This document shows positions 1 to 9,081 of a stretch of DNA of 64,000 nt, piece by piece. The notes under the pieces are model-generated. The model ran no database searches. It saw only the letters and a program-made list of their open reading frames with translations, and was not told the origin of the DNA. The stretch is from NCBI GenBank assembly GCA_000708835.1, contig DF237100.1, positions 9,660-73,659 of the forward strand, read 5' to 3'. The DNA comes from Klebsormidium nitens. Taxonomy: Eukaryota > Plantae > Klebsormidiophyceae. The number at the start of each line of letters is the position of its first letter. Within the stretch, counting starts at the first letter, position 1. A program made the position numbers and the translations under genes.

Positions 1-2045
1 CACAAATCATTTGAAGAGCTGTAGCTTTTATGAAGAAATTGCTCAGACCTGGTTTCGCGGGTCCGGTATCGATGGTCCTTCATCAGAGAGTTTGTTCCGG
101 TTTTGTAAGAAGGGCAACCCAATATACTGGTCCCGATGCGCTTGCAAAGGCTCCAGCTTTTTACGATCCAATGATGCGCCAATGTTACTCATCAAACAGA
201 TTTCCACTTTGACGCCATCAACTGGTACCGCGATCAGAAATTCGTTCTGTACAACGTCTCTTTTCGATCAAGGTGAGCAATCGGTGCCCTCACCGGATCT
301 TCTTGTTGGCGGTGTTGCCAGCTGCACACTTCAGGAGCTCTTGCATCGAATGGATGGCTCTCACGTCCATGCTCGAGGTATGGATACCCTCAAGGAAGTC
401 CTGGACGATGGCGTAGAATTGCAGTGCCTTGCAGAAGTTCTGGACGATGCCAATTGACTGCGGGTAAAAAGTGAAGGATCAGCTGCGCAGTTCATTCACT
501 TTGCTGATGAAAGAAACTGCTAGGAGCTAAGTTTTTCTTGAACACAACCTCTTGCAAGGGTCCCCTCTACAGCAGTGAGCTGCAACATACGCTACGCAAT
601 CTGCAAACCCTGTCGGATGAATGTGCGTGTAACTTTCAACCAACTTGAGCCCGCAGTCAAGCGCACCCAATCTTGGCACACTCAATTGAAGAGTGTGCAG
701 ACAGACCATAATACCCCCAGTGATGCCAGGAGCTTGCGTGCGCTCGACACTTACCATTTCATCCTGATCGTTCAGCTTTTCGACCAGATCGACAGCCAAG
801 GAGATCCTGTCCACCGTAATCCGAGGGCCTGATGCCCACAGCGGCAGCGTACTGCCGCCCAGTTTTTTGAGGACCGCCGCAGATCTGGCGGGAGCCCAAT
901 CTCCATCGTCTCGCCCATATCCGTGTTGGATACAGAAGTGCTGCGCCAGCAGAGAAGAAGCTTGAAGTTTGCAAGCGTTTGCCTCAATCAATCCTGAAGT
1001 ATGCCTCCGATAACCTGCCTTTGGAGGTCAAATCTCTAGCAAAGGGCGACGTTCTCGGACTACTGAAACAGAGAAGCTATATCTAAAAAAGCTCGTTGGC
1101 TGGATCAAGCTTTGGCGGGATGACCTTTGAACCTCAGCTTAAGAGAAGCTTCATATAAAACCCTGGAGTTCTTTAGAAACCTCAGAACTTTCTACTATGG
1201 CTAACCCAGGCGCTGGTCCTGACTTTCTGTACAAGTACGCCTACATAAGCAGGCTTGTGCGCGGCGACAAAAGCGCAGGAAAAAAAAGTTCGAGTCATCC
1301 ATCCTGTGTTGAAATGTACAACAATTGATGTACAAATTACCTTATAAGTCTTTAGGCCTCGAATGTAGTCCTTTTTGCTCTTCGGCTTCAGATTGGCGTC
1401 CTTCTTTATTGCAGCATTCCAACGGGCGTCAGCAACGTGCCTTTCCCGAGCTCGCTCCTCCGTCTCCTCTTCGACGCACTCCGGATTCTGCTCTCTTCCG
1501 GGAATTCCTTGTGTTTCCGCATTGTCTCCATCATGTGCGTCAGCATTCCCCTCGGACCCCGGCCGACTGCCATGCCCTTCCGAGGGCCTCGCGACTAGCG
1601 CTGCGTCAAGGATACTCGTCCCACTTTTCCGGCCAGCCCCTTGCTTCCGGCTGCCCGCTTGTCTCCAGGAACCCAATCCTCTGCCCCTACCACGCCCCCC
1701 TCGGTTCCGGTTTGAGCGCTGCGCAACTCCTGTCTGGGTAGCTGAGTTAGGCGCCAGGGGTGCCGTAACCTCGGCAAGAGGCGTGGCGGCAGTTGTAATA
1801 GCAGCCGGTTGAGCTGGTTGCTCGGCCGAACTTGGTGGTGCCCATTGGGACTGGCAGTCGACGGCGAGGTGTCGACACTGCCTGCATGTTTCAAGAAGAC
1901 CCTTGGTCAGCTTAGTGTCGATTGAAGCGAATGTCCTGTTCAACGGTATTTTCAGAGGGAGTCGGCTCTCTATGAACGACAAAAGAGAAATCGGTCGAAC
2001 GGGATAGGATGCGTTAAAGGATGGTAAAACGCACGAAGTGCTCAC
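1..2045 (-). CDS. Partial spliced gene, Crypton/Ndc10-like tyrosine-recombinase-derived protein (5' end uncertain, runs off left edge)
   Basis: Exons ending at 1341, 940-755 and 457-293 join in phase 0 at GT/AG sites to give KSKKDYIRGLKTYK-HFCIQHGY...GPRITVDRISLAVDLV...EM-SIGIVQNFCKALQFYAIVQDFLEG...VRAIHSMQELLK...NKKIR. This matches the remembered pattern of the Crypton/Ndc10 core-binding region (Y...F..FC, vT.eKl.lF, v..y..Al.....Q, R....LL). A further open frame at ~240-50 reads ...HRDQYIGLPFLQNRNKLSDEGP but could not be joined in frame. Confidence 0.45.
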
Positions 2046-2410
2046 GAATCAGAGTACTAAAAGGGGAACGAGCGATTGCTATGGGGATGTTGAGAGGGCG
2101 ATGAGAAGAAGGGTGACGGAGAAAAATCAGGGGCCCTAGGTAGAGAGGACCAGAAAGGAAACAAGAAGTGCGGCCCCGGAGTTGCTAAGGGTGCCGGTTG
2201 GTGGTGACCGATTCCTGTAGATCTTGAGTTGCATGCCGCCGTAAAGGAGAGCTTAAGAAGGTAAACGAGAGCTTACGAAAGGACGAAAGAGCAGATCAAA
2301 CCGGAATCACCAAGAAAGAATGCAGTTTGATACCCAAAAGGATAGGTCGTAGATCGGAGCTCAAGGGAATGACAAGGAGGTGTCACGTGGCAGGCCTTGG
2401 GCGAAGCGAA

Positions 2411-4830
2411 TTATTCGAAGCCTCGAGCCGATCGAAGCTTGATCACGGCAGATTCCGAATGCAGTAAGACCAGATTACCTGGACGGACTTGGCCTACGTC
2501 GTGCGAAGAAGACTCGGCGACGCTATTCCTGCCACGTTGCCCACCTCGCGAAGTCCTGCTTCTTGCATTCTCCGCCTGCCAAGTAGGAAGCGTCGACATG
2601 GGCGATGCTCTTGATTGTCTTGAGCGAGCTGGATCGCCGACAGTAGCACGTAAAATCAGAGGCTCGTCCTCGGACTCACAATCGTCTTCGACAAGACCTG
2701 TAAGAAAGTCACATGGGTCAGTTGAAGGGGTCAATTTTTCAAAGGCGGCCTGTCAACTCAACTCAACAAGTTACCGTAATCTCAGATGTTGCTCCATTGA
2801 CCTGAGCAATCAGCGGGGTAAGCAAGGCACTGAGCGGTCTTTATAAGTTTTGAAGAGAACAAAAGTTGGGTTAACAATCAACCTCCGAATCCAGCTCAGC
2901 CCTCACGGTTTGAACTTATGTTGTTGGTGAAGAAGCGTGGAAAGCTGAACCTTCGTGAATCGAGGCAAGCAGTAAAAGGTGAGTTCGTATCTGCATGAAA
3001 GCTGCAGATTTGTATAGCTTTCTTAACACTTCGTCCTTGCGCTCAAGTCACTCTCAACTGAAAGCAGTGACCGGGTCCAGGACAGGCCTGCTATGAAGAC
3101 AGCCAGCCTTCACAGAAGCTCCGGATGGACACTTTTAAAGAAAAATAAACTGAAGAAAGTAGTTACAATAATTGATCAGAGTTCACTGTCGAACGTGCTT
3201 GACAAGCTTCAGTACAGCTATGACCAGATGCATTGCTCTTCACTGCATGAAAACTGTGGTCGATAGATCCGTGGATGCCTTCGATCGTTCCGCTGAAAAA
3301 GATCATATCCCTCTCTTAAGAAGACGTGCTCACAGGCAAGAGCTTACCGTCGACTCGCGCCTGCTCCTCTGTAAGGGCTGGCCCGGGATTCGTCTCAACA
3401 TTCCCGCGAAGCAGGAGCATTTCTGCCATAGCACAGCAGTTTTTGGTGTTAGCGAGCTTCGCAAGTACATTGTTGAGTCCTTTGCGAATGATAGCATTAA
3501 TTGCTCACTAGGTTAGATATGAGTGCCGCGTTTGCCTGACTTAAGCAACGGGACAAAGTGGAAAGGCAAAAGATCAGTCACTGGTCTTGAAAGCATCCAA
3601 AACGATAAGGACACTTTTTTAAGAACGCCGCTTCCAAACAACGAAGTACTTCAGCAAATGACACGGGGCTCAACACAAGATTGCGAAAGTCAGAGCCCAC
3701 GTATTTCGGCCGAGGGTCACTTGAGCTCACCAATGAGCGCTCTGCTCAAAACCTGCTTGATGCCAATGTCGATTTGAGCCACACCCTGCCCATGGCATCT
3801 CTGACCCTCGTCAAAGCACCCCCGCAAGGGTGCACAACTGGCCCAGCCTGCAACAAGGATTTGAGCGTCATTGGTCGCCTTCTTACCCGCCATATTGGCC
3901 CTTTTCATTGTTCAATAACGTCCAGTTAACAACTGCATGTCGAAAACCTTGCTCTACTACGTCTTTTGCGGCTTCCTGCGATTCCATCACTGATAGTGAT
4001 ATCAAAAGACTGAATGGACCATCCGCTGCACAACCCCGGAGAAATCCAAAGGCCCCGTTCGTATCAAACGAAAGGCGAAACGACATGGAGTGCTCACAAA
4101 GGACGTTCCGAGCTGGCGCCAGCGCGTCTTGAATAAGAGATGCATGCAGCTCCTGAACCTTTCGAAGGTGCTTCTCTTCTTCTTGCTCCGCCGCTCGGAG
4201 CTCCTCCTTCAGTTGGCACCTTCGTTGTTCACGGCGCTTGAGCCATTCTGTACGGTTTCAATATCCTTTCAATATCCAGTCGACCTATAAGGGGCTATCA
4301 AAATTCTGTGAACTGTGACGTGGCAGCTCACAAGAAGGTGGACCTTTGGAGAATCGGAGTGCTTGGCAGGTCATAGACTGTTGGCTTCGGAAAATACATC
4401 TCACCCTAGTCTGCTGTACATAAAGCGTTGAAATGAAAGAAGAACTTTCTGTCACACTTAATGCTTGCTATTTGAGAAAACATCGTTTTGCACTTGCATT
4501 TATAAAGATGAAGGTGGAGAAGAAGCAACTCACGACCAAGCAGAATAAGAAGCCCGAAAGGGCCAGCGCTGACATATAAGAGAAGAGAAGGGAAAGCCAC
4601 CAAAGAATAAGAACAGGTCAACACGATGCAATGGCAGCTGAGAAGAGTACGAGTCTCATTACCTTCCCAGCTCTTGTGGACAGAGAAGTATCCAACGGAC
4701 GCCGCGCTCAGTGCTCCAGCGGGCACTCGATCCTGGTGTGCTTTGCAGCACCACTCGATAGCCCCCCCCTTCTTGCCGCCACGGCGCCCGCAAACTGCTG
4801 CAAGCTCGCAACTGTCGCACTAGATGCCAT
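2411..4830 (-). pseudogene. Multi-exon gene of unknown product, probably decayed; contains the 2A-like motif
   Basis: ATG at 4830 (MASSATVASLQQ...). Several exon-like blocks have good splice sites (EWLKRREQRRCQLKEELRAAEQEEEKHL at ~4235-4095; 4030-3890; ~3480-3350; last exon ~2700-2411), but some junctions could not be kept in frame. Confidence 0.35.
3379..3420 (-). other. 2A-like (StopGo) peptide motif MLLLRGNVETNPGP
   Basis: Direct translation: atg ctc ctg ctt cgc ggg aat gtt gag acg aat ccc ggg cca. It matches the 2A consensus (hydrophobic run)-G-D-(V/I)-E-x-N-P-G-P except for D>N. Confidence 0.6.
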
Positions 4831-4900
4831 GGTAATCTGCATTGGCACCGTGTCAGATCAGGGAGCGGCTGCTGGGATCAGTCCCGTGCAAGTATACTGA

Positions 4901-5074
4901 TGTAACGGNNNNNNNNNNNNNNNNNNNNNNNNNNNNNNNNNNNNNNNNNNNNNNNNNNNNNNNNNNNNNNNNNNNNNNNNNNNNNNNNNNNNNNNNNNNN
5001 NNNNNNNNNNNNNNNNNNNNNNNNNNNNNNNNNNNNNNNNNNNNNNNNNNNNGGTCGGCTTCCGTACCGTTACA
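4901..5074. mobile_element. TG...CA insertion (solo/collapsed LTR or Ginger-type element) with 4-bp TSD, interior in N-gap
   Basis: Termini TGTAACGG (4901-4908) and CCGTTACA (5067-5074) are 8-bp inverted repeats. CTGA flanks both sides (4897-4900, 5075-5078). Confidence 0.65.
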
Positions 5075-6457
5075 CTGACGTGAAGGATCCATTACAACTG
5101 TCAACACCTGATTGGGAAGTTATTGCGCCTAGCATGCTTTGGTACATGGCTGTGATCATATCCGCTTTGCTGGAAAGATGAAAGCCATGTTTCGCTTCCG
5201 TCATGCCCATCACAGCACGGCAGCCTGCCTGACCCCTAGAACTGTTCAGGATCAGTTTTGAGCTTAAGCTCGGCTTGTTCACGACTCAAAGACTTCAAAG
5301 CTGCATTAATCTGTTCACTTTGACTGAGTTGCGGTGAGCATGTACTGAAGCACTTAAGACTGGCAGCTCTAGTATGGAGACATGGTGTACTGCTTGAGAA
5401 AGGAGAATAACAGGTCTGTTGGCTGACCTTTTCCATCTCCTGTGAGTAACAGGCCCTCCAGGTTCAGTAGGAAACAGGCATGTTTTGCAGACTGCCCCTC
5501 AGATTCAACTGTACAGCGGGGGGTCCCAAGACCATGCTGGGCGGAACATCCATGGAATGTGGGCTCTGAGCACTTTCTTGCATGTCCATCTGCTCTGTTC
5601 AATCCCGAAACACTTGCTTCTACTGTCAGCGGCGTGCCCCTTCTCACGAGTGGACGTGTTGTCGCTCCGAGTCCTTGTGGAGGCTGACTTGCCAGGTCTT
5701 CCATAGTAATGTGCTAATCCGGAAGCGCTGCAATATTGTTCAAGGCTAGCACTTAAAACCCTATGTTTTTGAGACAGAGGGCCCAGCCTTCCAGTTTAGT
5801 CCTGCAGTATGCAAAGAAACTCCCCAGATCCCCAGCTAGCCTAGACCCCTAGCTTTTGAGGCCAGAAGGCCAGGCCGTCTGTCCCCTAGTCTTCTCAGCC
5901 CCTGCCGGACAACTTTGCAGCTCAGAAGGGCTAATATACACCTAAGGAACAATGGCGTCCATGCTTTTTACCTCTCGCTGAGCTCCCCGTGCAACTGCCA
6001 ACTTTTTGGTTTTCTGCACCTAGCTGCGATAAGAAGTATTGTGACTGTCAAAGCTCAGGAACTGCCAACTGGCCCCAGTTTAACCGTTTTTGAATTCAAA
6101 TTTTGGAAAGGACACAGATCGTTCGATTCGAAGGCGCTGGCCGTTCGATCTGATCCTTGCGAAAACAAACCCGCTATACTACAACTCAACACCGCAGGCT
6201 AAACCTGCACGGTCAGTACGTACACAGGCATACGGGTGTTTTGTACTATACCTAAGCCGATTTTCTAGTGCCTCTTTCGCACACTTCGCATGATTCGCAT
6301 GGTCTGTTCCCGGGGCCATCGCATGCGAAACTTGGACTGTCGCCAGGTAAAGGGCGACATATACTGTAGCTCCTTTCGGAACCTTTTCCCATTGCAGGTC
6401 TCTAGTCATGGCTTCAAGTTCAAGTTTAGGCTTTTCACCCATTGCTTGAAATTGAAT

Positions 6458-6854
6458 CAGGGTCACCGGATGATGAATGATAGCAATCGATTTGAAAAGC
6501 TCCAAAATAGCAATTATGATATCATCGCAAAAATCGGCTATTTTAATTGTTAGAAAATGATATGAGGGTTTAGGGGTTTTCTCCGTTTCCAGCCTGAATA
6601 TAGACATTTTGTTGGACCCAACTTTCGATGTTCGACTATACAGTCGGATAAACTCTTTGGGGATGCTTTTGAGACGTCGAATAGTGACACAACAAGTGTC
6701 AGCACACAAGTTCAGTGCATATACCCCTTATAGACTGGCTGTTAGCGGCTGAGTGACGTGTCTGGTATCATTTATATATCACTGGTTTTGAAAAGGCAAA
6801 ATTAGCAATAATGATATCATGCAAAATTTGAAAAGATATCATCCGGTGACCCTG
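6458..6854. mobile_element. MITE / non-autonomous DNA transposon, ~400 bp
   Basis: Perfect 17-bp TIRs CAGGGTCACCGGATGAT (6458-6474) and ATCATCCGGTGACCCTG (6838-6854), with AAT on both flanks. AT-rich interior carries a subterminal repeat (ttgaaaag...aaaat(t)agcaat..tgatatcat.gcaaaa) near both ends. Confidence 0.7.
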
Positions 6855-6900
6855 AATTATTGAATGTGCCCTAACTTTCCCCTAACTTTTTAAATTGACG

Positions 6901-7398
6901 GCCGGACGGCCACCCGGGTCCTTCGATTGGTGGCCCAACGGGCCACCCGACCACGACCATTGGTGGCCCAGCTTCGCGTCATAACCAGGATTTCGAACTG
7001 CTGGCTTAGATGCAAAAAATTCAAAATATGTTCACATGATAGAGCGCATATGGGACGTCTGCTATAGTGCTATAGGTACTCAGCTTGTTGTGGACCCCGG
7101 GCTGAATCAGGGTCGTATGCGGCAGCAAAATAGACCGGCTTCACCCTTTTTCAATCAAATACAATATCTTGACTATTTCCTTTAAATTGGCACTTTGAGC
7201 AAAGATTTCCAGCTTATATGACTTTTGACTTCTACCATAGGCCACTTCTGACCATCGATTGATGGCCCACCGGGCCACCTCGGCCCTCCGTATGGTGGCC
7301 CGTTGGGCCACCACCACCCCCCCATTGGTGGCCCGTTTTGACCATTGATGGTCATTTTAGCAGGGAGTGGGCCACCGGGGGAAACACTGCGGGCCACG
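6901..7398. repeat. Array of GGTGGCCC/GGGCCACC motifs in two inverted clusters
   Basis: About 10 exact or near copies (6929, 6940, 6962, 7262, 7272, 7294, 7305, 7327, 7369, 7390). 6928-6947 is the exact reverse complement of 7294-7313. Confidence 0.7.
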
Positions 7399-7992
7399 TG
7401 TGCCTCTCTCGTAACTCAAGGACCAAACTTTAAAAAATGTAGGCAGCAAAATGCTGCAATCGCTCAATTTACGATGAGGCGATATCATTTCAAATTTCAA
7501 TCCATTCGAAAACAGCTGAATCATACAAATAGTATAGAAAGCCACTTCAGACGCATGAAAATAGTTTATAAGACCTGCAAACATACGCTTTATACGTACT
7601 ATAACCATCCACCGCCAATATTTGTATAATCGATCGTGCGAGCATCAAATACGTACGTCAGATTGCGTGTGCTCCTGATAAGCTATGATAAATCTAAAGC
7701 TTATCCCCTTTACGACTTTCTGGCGGGCGCGATTCAGAAAACGGCCGGCCGCGCGGCTCTGTCGGCAGTCGGGCGATGCAGACCCGACAGGCACGTGCAG
7801 GGTTCAGGGTTTAACCCCTAGAAAAAAGTTTTGCGAAGCATCGAACCTCAAAACCCGTCGAAAATGGGGGTCTGCAAAATCAGACCGTGAATCACTGAAT
7901 TCTACGTTCGACGGGCCGAACCGGGCTTAATAGAGTGATCCAGTCTGCATCGCCACTTCCCCCTTTTCTGAAACCCCGGGGTCGATTGCGAC

Positions 7993-8680
7993 AGCTCGGT
8001 ACTGACTTTGTCAGAACCGGTGGAAGGAGAACGCGGACTACAGTTTGCAGTCCCAGAGTCCAGACCCCCACACCGCCTGGTACTTGNNNNNNNNNNNNNN
8101 NNNNNNNNNNNNNNNNNNNNNNNNNNNNNNNNNNNNNNNNNNNNNNNNNNNNNNNNNNNNNNNNNNNNNNNNNNNNNNNNNNNNNNNNNNNNNNNNNNNN
8201 NNNNNNNNNNNNNNNNNNNNNNNNNNNNNNNNNNNNNNNNNNNNNNNNNNNNNNNNNNNNNNNNNNNNNNNNNNNNNNNNNNNNNNNNNNNNNNNNNNNN
8301 NNNNNNNNNNNNNNNNNNNNNNNNNNNNNNNNNNNNNNNNNNNNNNNNNNNNNNNNNNNNNNNNNNNNNNNNNNNNNNNNNNNNNNNNNNNNNNNNNNNN
8401 NNNNNNNNNNNNNNNNNNCGCCATCTACGGTGGTAAGGCCCCAGATTGGTCGAACTTGCAATCTGGTCCCTTAAAAAAAGACTCATGCACGGAGTGTGCA
8501 TTTCCGGACCTTTGAAAGACCCCAATGTTGGGTCGCCAGCGATCCGGCATGTCAAACCTCGCCGGCGGTGACGTTCCCAGACCCGGTGCTCGCGCACTGA
8601 GTATCAAGCGGTGTGGGGGTCTCGGACTGCAAACTGCAGTCCACGTTCTCCTTCCCTCCGTTCTGTCAGTAAACCGAGCT
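7993..8680. repeat. ~85-95-bp diverged inverted repeats flanking an assembly gap (foldback/TE-derived)
   Basis: 7993-8086 aligns by eye to the reverse complement of 8599-8680. The right arm contains the hairpin GGACTGCA-aac-TGCAGTCC and the left arm a one-mismatch version. Confidence 0.7.
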
Positions 8681-9081
8681 AACAAGATGTCTCGCCCGCA
8701 GGCTAGACGGCGGCTGGCCATGGGGGAATCTCATCGGCGGTCACTGGTGATTTGAAGGGCGGTAATGGATAGTGGACGGCTGTGATCTCATGATGCCGGT
8801 AACACCTTTTGCACAAACCCTAATCTGGTTGTGCTGAGTCATCCCTTGGAATCAAGATGCTCCTCAGCTGCTTCAGCCTTCTGTTTTACCTGGTTGATCA
8901 GTGCAACTGTAAAATTTCTTGAGGCGCTGTGGGAAGGCGGAAGAAAAGGTTGAAAAAAGAACTGGCAATCGACCCAGGGATGCACTGATTGGTGGCAAGT
9001 TGTTCCTTCGTGTTATCTGCAATTCCCGGTTGTTCTTTTATGCAGCAGAAAGAGAGTTGCAATTGGGCGTGATCGGACAGC

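Noticed and set aside
6179-6709. 176-aa minus-strand ORF as a transposase fragment
   Set aside because: It crosses the MITE boundary, has no ATG start and no recognisable motif; probably a chance frame.
6560-6892. Telomere-like units (GGGTTTAGGGG, CCCTAACTTT x2)
   Set aside because: Only one or two degenerate units; not an interstitial telomere array.
7892-8597. ORFs spanning N-runs (also 4842-5107 and 29454-29810)
   Set aside because: Artefacts of translating gaps.
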